Assembly: GCA_963782565.1 (NCBI GenBank)
Contig: CAWAKH010000002.1
Location: 1,356-65,355, forward strand
Source of the DNA: an uncultured Chloroflexia bacterium
GTDB taxonomy: Bacteria > Chloroflexota > Anaerolineae > Anaerolineales > Villigracilaceae
Length of the DNA: 64,000 bases
Reading direction: 5' to 3'
Position numbers and translations under genes: made by a program. Positions within the stretch are counted from its first letter, which is position 1. Every line of letters starts with the position of its first letter. Of this stretch, positions 39,442-48,310 are shown in pieces. Below the pieces are notes generated by a model. That model made no database searches and was not told where the DNA came from. It worked only from the letters and a program-made list of their open reading frames with translations.

Positions 39442-40566
39442 ATGAGGAACATGAAAACTTCTGAATTTCAACTGAAGCAAGCGGCACAACCCCTTACAGA
39501 TGCCTGGCGGCGCATGCCTATCACTCCGCGGCGATCCACCCTCCTTGGGATCAGTTTTCGACCGCGCCAGGCAGCGGCCTTTGGATTGGATGAACGCGCC
39601 GCCCTCCTGGCGCTGCTTGCCTATCCGTTTCAGCTCATTCGGTTGGGGGCATACTGGAACGACATGGAACCTGAATCCGGATCATTCAAGACAGACAAGC
39701 TTGATTGGCAAATCGATGCCGCTGAACGGGCTGGAAAAGAGATTATCCTGTGCGTGGGCCCATTGAAGACTTTTGGTTATCCTGAGTTCTTTGTTCCGGC
39801 GCACCGTTTGATGCATCCCTTCCCGGAACATACTCTTATTGGGCCCTCCGCGTACCGATCACTCCTTACGGCCGCAACAGCATTCATCACCCGGCTTGTG
39901 GAGCGCTACAAAGAGCATAAGAGCATTGTCGCCTGGCAGCTTGAACACGAGGCTGTCGACCCGCTCGGAGTTGAGCATTCCTGGAGGCTGGATGTTACGT
40001 TTGTTGAAGAGGAGAAAAAAGCCCTCAAAAAGGCAGATCCCACCCGGCCACTGATGATGAACGGTTTCTTACCCACCTCTTTGCTCGTGCGCCTCTCTCA
40101 GTGGTGGAGTACTCGCGACCAAGGTGATTCCCTGGCTGTGGCCGGGCGCCTGGCAGATATGATCGGGATCGACTATTACCCGCGTCATGCACTCGTGCCT
40201 GTCGGGAACAAGACTCTTTACCTGGACGGCAGTCAGAGTATTTGGCAACGCCAAAGACTGAAGCGGCTGCTGGCCTCTGCCCACGTTCGCGGGCAGAAAC
40301 TCATGATTTCTGAAGGGCAGGCTGAACCATGGGAAACGCTGACAACCCCGCCCAATCTAGAGCACTACGGGATGTTCAGTTGTCTGCCGGAGGATGTCAT
40401 CACGAACTACAACGCCTGTATGCGCTGGTCTGGTCAACAGGATCCGTTTTATGCCTACCTCTTTTGGGGAGCCGAATATTGGCTGCTGCGAAAACAAACC
40501 ATGGATTCGAGCTATCTCCAGGCGTTTCTACGCATACTTGAATTAGCCGATAAACAGCAGCCGTAG
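39442..40566 (+). CDS. Putative clan GH-A (TIM-barrel) glycoside hydrolase
   Basis: VAWQLEHEA resembles the W-x-x-E-N-E acid/base strand, and MISEGQAEPWE is a candidate nucleophile strand. The family is not assignable by eye. Confidence 0.45.
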   Translation: MRNMKTSEFQLKQAAQPLTDAWRRMPITPRRSTLLGISFRPRQAAAFGLDERAALLALLAYPFQLIRLGAYWNDMEPESGSFKTDKLDWQIDAAERAGKEIILCVGPLKTFGYPEFFVPAHRLMHPFPEHTLIGPSAYRSLLTAATAFITRLVERYKEHKSIVAWQLEHEAVDPLGVEHSWRLDVTFVEEEKKALKKADPTRPLMMNGFLPTSLLVRLSQWWSTRDQGDSLAVAGRLADMIGIDYYPRHALVPVGNKTLYLDGSQSIWQRQRLKRLLASAHVRGQKLMISEGQAEPWETLTTPPNLEHYGMFSCLPEDVITNYNACMRWSGQQDPFYAYLFWGAEYWLLRKQTMDSSYLQAFLRILELADKQQP

Positions 40567-41250
40567 ATACTTGTAAGAGTCCTCAAATCTGTCATGCTCA
40601 ATAGCATTTCCTAAAAATGACAAAAAGGGCGAGAGTAGGCGGATATGCAGAGTCTTTCATACCCAATTATACAAATCTGGTGATTTGGGGACGCGTTTCT
40701 CAAACCGGCACCTGTCCGTTTCACGCTCCACCTGAACAGAATTGCCTCCTTGCCTGATATTGGTTTTCATTCAACAAATAAGATCCTGATGTTTGGCCGG
40801 CTGGGGCCAATTATCTGACTCGCACCCGATTTTCACCGCGTATGTCTCTTTTTGCCGGCATCTGGGCAGGCTATCTTACATGTACAAACGCAGCATCGGG
40901 GTTAGGGGATCAAATCTTGGAAGCACATCCATCAAAACGCGTTGCAAGCACCAAAGGTGATAATGAAACGCATAAAACTCATTCTGGTCGCATTTTCCAA
41001 ATTCGAGCAACGTATATATGACAATGTTGCCCCTATTAGCCTTCGCATTATTCCAAATAATAAAATCAGTACATTTGTCTAGAAAATACTACAGACATGC
41101 TATTGAAAAAAATCACAAAGAGCCTTACAATAATGCAAGGTAAGTAGATATTTACTTCGGTTTTTGTTTCAAAATCTTTACCGGTTTACAGGTGGGCCTT
41201 TTAGCGGTTTTCCTCGTTGCACTCAACTGAATAGTACTAAGCTAACCTAC

Positions 41251-41283
41251 TGACTCTGGCGAGGGCGAAAGATACCCGGGAGG
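41251..41283 (+). repeat. Copy 1 of a ~32-nt motif (TGAC..TGGCGAGGGCGAAAGATACCCGGGAGG) in the leader of the DUF2292-like ORF
   Basis: Shares an identical 14-nt core TGGCGAGGGCGAAA and the flanking ATnCCCGGnAGG with copy 2 at 41641-41672. It can fold GGG-loop-CCC. Confidence 0.5.
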
Positions 41284-41361
41284 CGGTTTTCTCTTAGCGA
41301 GACAACGATGATTTGTGCTGTCTATGATACTTGGAGAGTCACGGAATCCGGGAGGCAGAGA

Positions 41362-41580
41362 ATGAGTGTTTCAGATAACGCATCAAGGACCGCTAGCTTT
41401 TCATCAACCGGCCAAAAGTTTAAGAAACTCAATCTTGACCAGGTGCGGCAGATCGACGAGGCTCTGGCCTCGATCGGTGATTATGGCGAGGTTCACCTTA
41501 TTTTGCAGCACGGTGAATTAAGATACATCAATAAAGTGGAAAGCCAGAAGGCCTGGAAGAACTTTGATCCACGACGCTGA
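41362..41580 (+). CDS. Small YezD/DUF2292-like protein
   Basis: The C-terminal IDEALASIGDYGEVHLILQHGELRYINKVESQK matches the DUF2292 pattern (yG.V.i.iq.G.vv.i...e). GGGAGG lies 7 nt upstream of the ATG at 41362. Confidence 0.5.
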   Translation: MSVSDNASRTASFSSTGQKFKKLNLDQVRQIDEALASIGDYGEVHLILQHGELRYINKVESQKAWKNFDPRR

Positions 41581-41640
41581 AAGGGTTCGTTTCATGCGCG
41601 ATCGCGGCTCAATGTAAAAGTTCGTATCAAAAATACATCC

Positions 41641-41672
41641 TCGACCTTGGCGAGGGCGAAAAATCCCGGAGG
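41641..41672 (+). repeat. Copy 2 of the ~32-nt motif, immediately 5' of and overlapping a strong terminator
   Basis: TCGACCTTGGCGAGGGCGAAAAATCCCGGAGG. See copy 1. Confidence 0.5.
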
Positions 41673-41712
41673 TCATGACAGCTCATCAGAGCTTGGTCAT
41701 GACCTCTTTTTT
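41669..41712 (+). terminator. Strong rho-independent terminator
   Basis: Perfect 11-bp stem GAGGTCATGAC / GTCATGACCTC, with an additional inner AGCTC/GAGCT pairing, followed by TTTTTTATT. Confidence 0.75.
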
Positions 41713-42278
41713 ATTGGTAAAGATCCTGGTCCCATGGTGGGCTGAGACCAAAAGTAAGAAGAGATCAAAGCGCCAATATTCAGGGTTGCACCACCTCAGA
41801 CTGGCCCGAAAGGTTTTACTCGATGAGTCTGCACGGGTATGTTCTAAGCAGCAAGCTAAATAGGCAAGGGTCAATATGGCGGGAAGTCCACGCGCGCGGC
41901 TTTGAAGTTTTTTATCGACAGATCCGAGTACGGCTTGTAACTCCCAGATCGCGAAAAGTTTGTCCTTACTTATCTGGTTCTACCCTTGTGCCTATGAAAC
42001 CGCCCACATTTTGGGACTCGGCTTACAAGAGCATGCTCTGCTCTTACAGGCTCCTAATCCCCATGAGTGGCGAAAACATCCGCGGTCCGAGCTGCGGTGA
42101 AACAGTTAGAGAGTAGGCCAGTCCTACGTGAATCACCAGGGGGCGAGATCCAACGATAAACAAGACGCCAGCTGAAGGTCCGGAAAGATCGACACCTGGT
42201 GTCCGTAACAGATTGAAGACGAAACCGAGATTCTGGGGGAATGTCGGAAGGGCGGAGCGTGCTCACCAAAAGGTCCGT

Positions 42279-43933
42279 ATGCAATCCCAGAAGTTGAAAT
42301 TAGGCTTACTCCTTGATTCTTTCCAGGTTCCAGCCTGGGTTTACAACTCTATTCAGCGAGTTTTAAATGGGTACTCAGGTGAATTTAGACTGGTCGTTTT
42401 GAATGAGGACCCTGACAGGAATCGATCCCTTGACCGAGGCAAGTGGGTCTATTCGATTTTCAATAGGATTGACGAGAAGCTATTTACTAAAGATCCAAGT
42501 CCTCTTGCGCCGAGGAGCGTTCATGAACTCTTGGATGGGGTCCCCGTCGTCAGAGTTTGCCCGGTAGAAACAGATAACAATTCGTGCTGCCTGAATGAGA
42601 CCGACGCAGGGAAGATCAAGGATCATGAATTAGATATCTTAATCAAATTCGGCTTCGACAACTTGCAATGCGAATCGTTGAATGTAGCAAGATACGGGAT
42701 ATGGTTTTATTATTTTGGTGATGAAAGAGAGATGAGGGGAGGGCCCCCGGGGTTCTGGGAAGTTGTTGAAAACTCGGCCTGAAACCGGCTCTGCGCTTCT
42801 GGCAGTGAGAGCGGGATTCCCTTTGCAATCGAGTCTTATACCGCTCCAGCTTTTTTACATATCCATTATCGCCAGCCCGCCACAGAAGTTATTACATGTG
42901 GGCAACAACTACTTTTTTGCAGCGGCAAATTGATCTCTTGTATTCCGAAGGAGAAGATGCATTCTGGGCGAAAACCGGGAAATTCAATGCGGCTGCAATT
43001 CCTGAGATCAAGGCTATTGCACTCCCCTCAAATCCCTCAGCCGCACTCTCCATTTTCAAGATGATCACCAGGCTTCTTAGGGAATTCCTGAACCGGGTTT
43101 TTTATTTTGATGGATGGTTTCTGCTATTCAGCTTTAACAAGGATGTTACGGGAGGATTAGGAACATTTGACAGGCTGATACCCCCGAAAAGCAGTTTCTG
43201 GGCCGACCCTCATGCGGTACAGGTAAATGGAATCAATTACATCTTCATCGAGGAGTTCTCGCGTACCAAAAATAAGGGGCATATCTCGGTCATTGAAATG
43301 GATGAAATCGGAAAATGCAAGGCGCCGGTGAAGGTTTTGGAAAAAGACTACCATTTATCATATCCGTCTGTTTTCAATTGGCAGGGCAAATATTATCTGA
43401 TCCCGGAATCAGGGGAAAACAGGACCATAGATCTTTACCAGTGTGTTGAATTTCCCTACGTATGGGAATACAAGCAAAATCTTATGAAGAACATTACCGC
43501 CGTGGATACAACGCCCATTTATTATCGTTCTAAATGGTGGCTGTTTACCGCGATGGCTGAGAATGAGGCCGCCGCACCCAACGTGGAATTATTCCTGTTT
43601 TATGCAGACGACCTCTTTACACGACAATGGACGGCACACCCTCAAAACCCGATTGTCTCCGACGTCAAAAGCGCCAGACCCGCTGGAGACCTGTTCATGC
43701 GAGCTGGAAAATTATTCAGGCCATCCCAGGATTGTTCGAAGGCGTATGGATATGGCTTTGACTTGAACGAAATTGAAGTGCTCTCGGAAACGGAATATTG
43801 CGAAAGAAAGACATTATCCGTCCGGCCGGATTGGGATGAAAAAATCCTGGCTACACATACCTATGCAAAGCAAGGGAACTTAACGGTTATTGATGCTTTC
43901 AGTCGTCGATTCAAGTGGGCGAGAACCGCTTGA
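42279..43933 (+). pseudogene. Formyltransferase-like N-domain fused to a beta-propeller domain (bacterial 'glucosamine inositolphosphorylceramide transferase'-like family), interrupted by two +1 frameshifts about 30 nt apart
   Basis: Frame 0 ends ...ELDILIKFGFD...YGIWFYYFGDEREMRGGPPGFWEVVENS. Frame 1 reads PETGSALLAV. Frame 2 continues ERDSLCNRVLYRSSFFTYPLSPARHRSYYMWATTTFLQRQI... and then the 345-aa ORF (WFLLF..., FWADPH..., SYPSVF..., ESGENRTIDLY). Confidence 0.6.
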
Positions 43934-44030
43934 TCATTATTTACGGGGTATCACGAGTTGGATGTGATATTTCGCTGACTTCAGCCGATATGGAAATACA
44001 AATCACGACACTACAGATCAGGAGGGTTTC

Positions 44031-44975
44031 ATGAAGATATTGGTCACCGGCGGCGCGGGTTTTATCGGATCGCATGTTGTGGATGCCTTGATCGAGGCCG
44101 GACATCATGTTTCCATCGCAGATAACTTGTGGGAACGCGGGGGAGGAAAGCTCGAGAATATCAACCCCGATGCCAACTTCTACAAGATCGATATCCGTGA
44201 TGCAGCCGTGTCTGAAGTTTTCCGAAAAGAGCAGCCTGAAGTAATCTTCCATTTGGCGGCCCAGCACAGCGTTAAGATCTCCACTGAAGATCCGACACAC
44301 GATGCAGAGGTCAACATCCTGGGCTTGATCAATCTCCTGCAAAACGCCACACGGTTCGGCGTGCGCAAGATTATCTTTTCCTCCTCCGGGGCCACCTATG
44401 GGACGGCTCTAACGATGCCAGTGGACGAAAATACCGTGCAGCATCCAGAATCGCCCTATGGCACCACCAAAATGGCCAGCGAATTCTATCTTCGGTTCTG
44501 GAAGAATCTATATGGGTTGAACTTTACGATCCTGCGATACGGAAATGTGTACGGCCCGCGACAAGACCCCCTGGGAGAGGCAGGAGTTATTGCCATTTTT
44601 TCCCGACAGATCCTCATCAATGAACCCGTCCGCATCGATTGGGATGGTGAGCAGCAAAAGGATTATGTGTACGTTGGAGATGTGGCTGCGGCAAATCTGT
44701 TGGCCCTCACCTCCGGGGACGGGGAAGCCTACTGTATAGCTTCGGGCAAAGGCACCTCCGTCAATGCCCTCTACCGGGGTCTGGCGAATGAAATTGGTCA
44801 TGGGGTTGAAATCAGGCGGGCGCCCAAACGCCCTGGCGACATCTACCTCAGCTACTTTGACTGCAGCAAGGCTCGCCGTGAATTAGGCTGGGAACCGGCG
44901 GTTAGCCTGGACGAGGGGCTGCATCTGACGGTGGACAGTTTCAGGGACTTGCCGCTCCCCTTAGATACAGCGTAA
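44031..44975 (+). CDS. NAD-dependent NDP-sugar epimerase (GalE-like extended SDR)
   Basis: ILVTGGAGFIGSH, catalytic SPYGTTK (YxxxK), RYGNVYGPRQ. AGGAGG lies upstream. Confidence 0.85.
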   Translation: MKILVTGGAGFIGSHVVDALIEAGHHVSIADNLWERGGGKLENINPDANFYKIDIRDAAVSEVFRKEQPEVIFHLAAQHSVKISTEDPTHDAEVNILGLINLLQNATRFGVRKIIFSSSGATYGTALTMPVDENTVQHPESPYGTTKMASEFYLRFWKNLYGLNFTILRYGNVYGPRQDPLGEAGVIAIFSRQILINEPVRIDWDGEQQKDYVYVGDVAAANLLALTSGDGEAYCIASGKGTSVNALYRGLANEIGHGVEIRRAPKRPGDIYLSYFDCSKARRELGWEPAVSLDEGLHLTVDSFRDLPLPLDTA

Positions 44976-45081
44976 ATACATTCGGATGGTCGTTGGCCAT
45001 GCCCATCCTTGGTAAGCCGGCATCTTTTCATTTGGATCTCATAACGGATGATGGTCTGAGCCTGGTACGTGGTGCTTAACC

Positions 45082-46320
45082 GTGCGCAAAATTACCTTCG
45101 TTGCCTCCCTTATTCTGATATTCTTCATTCCCTCAGAGGATAGCATATCCACAGCCAGCCTGGGATCGATTGCCAGGCTCGCAGGCATCATCGTTGCAGG
45201 CCTCTGGCTGGCGACCATCGTACTAGAGGGCAGATTTCGAAAACCCGGGCTTTTTCACGTGCTTGTGTTGTTGTTCTTTTTGTGGAATATTGTGACCATC
45301 TTCTGGAGCCCTGACGCAGAAAGTACAGTTTCGCGTGTCGAAACCTATGCCCAGATTTTCCTTTTGTTGCTGATCTACTGGGATCTTTTCCAGAAGCCTG
45401 AGCAGTTGATGGCAGGACTCCAGGCATATGTTTTGGGGGCATATGTACTTATTGGAAGCACAATTTACAACTATGCCGCGGGCAATATTGCCGTCCAATA
45501 CGAAGGGCGTTACAGTGCGACAGGAGTGAATGCCAACGATGTTGCCCTGATGCTAATTCTCGGCCTGCCCATCGGTTTGCCAATTGCCATGGAGTTATTC
45601 TTCGGCGCAAGCAGGAACCTGCGGCGCACCGTGCTTCAGGTCATCGATTTGTTGTATGTACCCTTGTCTATTTTTACAATTATTCTCACCGGAAGCCGAA
45701 CCTCCATTATTGCCGTCATCCCATTCGGCATCTTCCTACTGGGAACACAACGGATCAAAGTCGGACATAAAATCGTCTTTCTTGCAATGCTGGCTGTCTG
45801 TTTATTAGCGTTGCTTCCCTTTATCCCGCAGACCGTAATCGATCGGATCGGTACGGTCGGCAGCTCAATTAGTGAGGCAGACCTGGGTGGGCGCGTTACC
45901 ATGTGGCGGCTGAGTATTGCCGTCCTGGCCCAGCACCCAATATTCGGTGTGGGCGGCGGCGCCATTGATGGCATGATCGGTGGGGCCGTGCATAATACAT
46001 TCATATCCGTGGCCACTGAAACGGGCTTCATCGGCTTCGTTTTATTTCTGTCAATCCTTGGGTATATTGTTTTTAAGATGGCTGTGCTGCCAAAAGGAAC
46101 AGCTCCACTTTGGCTGACAATTTTTCTGACATGGGCGATCGGGGTTTTCTCATTGTCCTGGGAATTCAGAAAAGCCACATGGATCATACTGATTCTTATT
46201 GTCATAGAAGGCAGTTTTGGGAAACAGGAAGTTCAACCGGACGGCCTTAGGATTCTCCCTGAAGGCATCCGGCGGGCTCTCGGAATCGGCAAATCTGTAC
46301 CCCAACCAAAGGCGGCCTGA
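45082..46320 (+). CDS. O-antigen ligase/polymerase family membrane protein (Wzy_C domain)
   Basis: About 10-12 TM helices. A loop with LTGSRTSIIAV and HPIFGVGGGA...VHNTFISVATETGFIG is typical of the Wzy_C family. GTG start. Confidence 0.75.
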   Translation: MRKITFVASLILIFFIPSEDSISTASLGSIARLAGIIVAGLWLATIVLEGRFRKPGLFHVLVLLFFLWNIVTIFWSPDAESTVSRVETYAQIFLLLLIYWDLFQKPEQLMAGLQAYVLGAYVLIGSTIYNYAAGNIAVQYEGRYSATGVNANDVALMLILGLPIGLPIAMELFFGASRNLRRTVLQVIDLLYVPLSIFTIILTGSRTSIIAVIPFGIFLLGTQRIKVGHKIVFLAMLAVCLLALLPFIPQTVIDRIGTVGSSISEADLGGRVTMWRLSIAVLAQHPIFGVGGGAIDGMIGGAVHNTFISVATETGFIGFVLFLSILGYIVFKMAVLPKGTAPLWLTIFLTWAIGVFSLSWEFRKATWIILILIVIEGSFGKQEVQPDGLRILPEGIRRALGIGKSVPQPKAA

Positions 46321-46374
46321 TCAAGGTGAAGCAGGTCTGAAGCTCCACCTGATCAGCTCTTCATTCATGAAATC

Positions 46375-48243
46375 ATGAAGAACATTATTGCCCTTCTTCC
46401 TTTGACTATCCTCGCAGCTTTGCTGGCCTGTTCGATCAGCAATCCGGTAGCACCCGCGACCCCCAACCAGGGTTGTCCACCCAACGCAACCTGTCAGACG
46501 GTCGTGCCTTCCGATCCTTCTCCCACCCGCACACCAACTTTGACAGATACCCCGGTTCCGACTGCTACTGGCATTCCGATTGTTACCCCCGCTGCGGGGA
46601 GCCGGTATTACTACGTATCTACCGAAGGCAATGACGCTCGTCCGGGAACGAAACTATTGCCCTTTCACAGCATCGGCCAGGCGGCCAAAGTGGCGAGAGC
46701 CGGGGATGTGGTGCTCATCCAGGCAGGCATTTATGAGGAAGATGTAAAGCCCCTGCATTCAGGGGAACCCGAAAAATACATCACCTATCAGAATGATGGC
46801 GAGGGTGAGGTTGTCATAGATGCGCAGGATGGCCAACGCGCGGGATGTATTGAAATCAACGATAAGAGTTATCTGCAGTTCACTGGTCTGACTGTCCGCG
46901 GAGCAAACTCAACCCAATCCTGGCCGCGCGCGGGGATCTCGATGACAGACGGAACGAATCATATCATCCTGGACAACATCACCGCTTACAACAACTATTT
47001 CGGTATCATGGCTGAAGGGCGGGACAACCCCGTTAGCTTCATTACGGTGCAGAATAGCAGAACTTTTGGACCTGGAAATATCGGCAATATCCATTACGGC
47101 ATATTCTTCTATCAGAAAGTGTACAACTCCAGCATTGTCAATAACCATGTGGCTTACAGCCTGCCCGAAAAACTGAGTTATGGCATTGAGATCGCGACCA
47201 AGGATCCAGGCGTCCAGGCCGAGGGACCGCGCCGAATTGTCATAACCGGGAACGAAGCTGATCACAACAAATCACAGGGCATCCATACCTGGAACGCAGT
47301 CGGGGTGCTCATAGGTGGTAATTACCTGCACGACAACGGCGCTACGGGGATTCAACTTGAGGACGGTTCGGAGAATGTTGTTGTCGAAAACAATCTCAGC
47401 GAAAACAACGCTCAGAAATATGAATTTGAAACGGGGATCTGGATAGATGACTCGAAAAACGTGGTAGTGCGTAACAATATCCTGAGAAATAATAAAATTG
47501 GCCTGACCATAACCCGTTCTGATCGGGTCATTGTCCACGACAACTATGTCTACCTCAACAACCGGGGAGCCGAAAATCTCGATAACGCGGCCGGGTTAAT
47601 AGTGGATGATGCAGCAACAAATATATCCCTGACGCAGAACACATTCTACAAGAACGGTGCAAGCGATATGCCTCACGGCGGAGTTAATTTTGGCCTTTTC
47701 CATCCGTCTTGCACGAACATTACATTCAAGAATAACATCGTGGCCGAAACCGCGAATGTCCTCGATTTGTCCCAGGATTCGTGTTCAGGCTTTGTATCTG
47801 ATTTCAATGACTTTTCCAACACACGTCCTCTGGCAATGGACTGGAATAAGAGTCAGACTGATTGGTCAAACTATCTGGCTATCAGCGGGCAGGATGCACA
47901 TTCACTTACCAGCGAAGCGCTCTTCGTAGATCCCACGGCATTCGATTTCTCTCTGCAAACTGAGAGTCTGCTCATTGGAAAAGGCGTCATTCTGGCGCGT
48001 ACGACTGGTGCCGGAAGCGGCAGCCAGGTGATCGTAACCGATGCAGGCTACTTCAGCGATGGCTTCGGGATCGGCAGCGGCGACGCCATTGTAATCGGCA
48101 GCAACCGCGCAAACATCGTATCCATCGATTACCTTAATAATACGATCGGTGTTGATCGGGTCATCAATTGGGGCAAGAACGATGCTGTCAGCTTCCCCTT
48201 TGCGGGGGCCGCTCCGGACATGGGCGCCCGAAATCTGCCATGA
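46375..48243 (+). CDS. Secreted lipoprotein with right-handed parallel beta-helix repeats (pectate-lyase fold)
   Basis: Lipobox (LLACS), a Pro/Thr linker, then many repeats of the type I..N.v..N...GI (NNHVAYS, GNEADHNKSQGIH, GNYLHDNGATGIQ, NNLSENN, NNILRNNKIGL). Confidence 0.75.
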   Translation: MKNIIALLPLTILAALLACSISNPVAPATPNQGCPPNATCQTVVPSDPSPTRTPTLTDTPVPTATGIPIVTPAAGSRYYYVSTEGNDARPGTKLLPFHSIGQAAKVARAGDVVLIQAGIYEEDVKPLHSGEPEKYITYQNDGEGEVVIDAQDGQRAGCIEINDKSYLQFTGLTVRGANSTQSWPRAGISMTDGTNHIILDNITAYNNYFGIMAEGRDNPVSFITVQNSRTFGPGNIGNIHYGIFFYQKVYNSSIVNNHVAYSLPEKLSYGIEIATKDPGVQAEGPRRIVITGNEADHNKSQGIHTWNAVGVLIGGNYLHDNGATGIQLEDGSENVVVENNLSENNAQKYEFETGIWIDDSKNVVVRNNILRNNKIGLTITRSDRVIVHDNYVYLNNRGAENLDNAAGLIVDDAATNISLTQNTFYKNGASDMPHGGVNFGLFHPSCTNITFKNNIVAETANVLDLSQDSCSGFVSDFNDFSNTRPLAMDWNKSQTDWSNYLAISGQDAHSLTSEALFVDPTAFDFSLQTESLLIGKGVILARTTGAGSGSQVIVTDAGYFSDGFGIGSGDAIVIGSNRANIVSIDYLNNTIGVDRVINWGKNDAVSFPFAGAAPDMGARNLP

Positions 48244-48310
48244 CAGGCACGTTGTTCGACTTACTTCCAGGTATGTTTATTGAAATAGTCAAATCGGAGC
48301 ACGGCAATCA

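Noticed and set aside
41675-41863. ORF 41675-41863(+), 62 aa, with a good GGAGG upstream
   Set aside because: Its first 12 codons are the 11-bp terminator stem-loop and T-tract, and the rest is Lys/Arg/Ser-rich. It is more likely a by-product of the motif/terminator than a gene. A leader-peptide role cannot be fully excluded.
41251-42278. Resemblance of the repeated motif or leader to known riboswitches (guanidine-III-like ...ACCCGG..., c-di-GMP GEMM-like ...GACGC..CCGG)
   Set aside because: Only short chance similarities could be seen by eye. The required conserved stems and loops (ACGR loops, GGCAAA / GGGACGCAAAGCC) are not present. The downstream genes also do not fit guanidine riboswitch contexts.
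45636-46205. ORF 45636-46205(-), 189 aa, plus similar antisense ORFs at 58776-59378(-), 60843-61403(-) and 61828-62340(-)
   Set aside because: All lie antisense to EPS genes that have strong family signatures, and none has motifs of its own.
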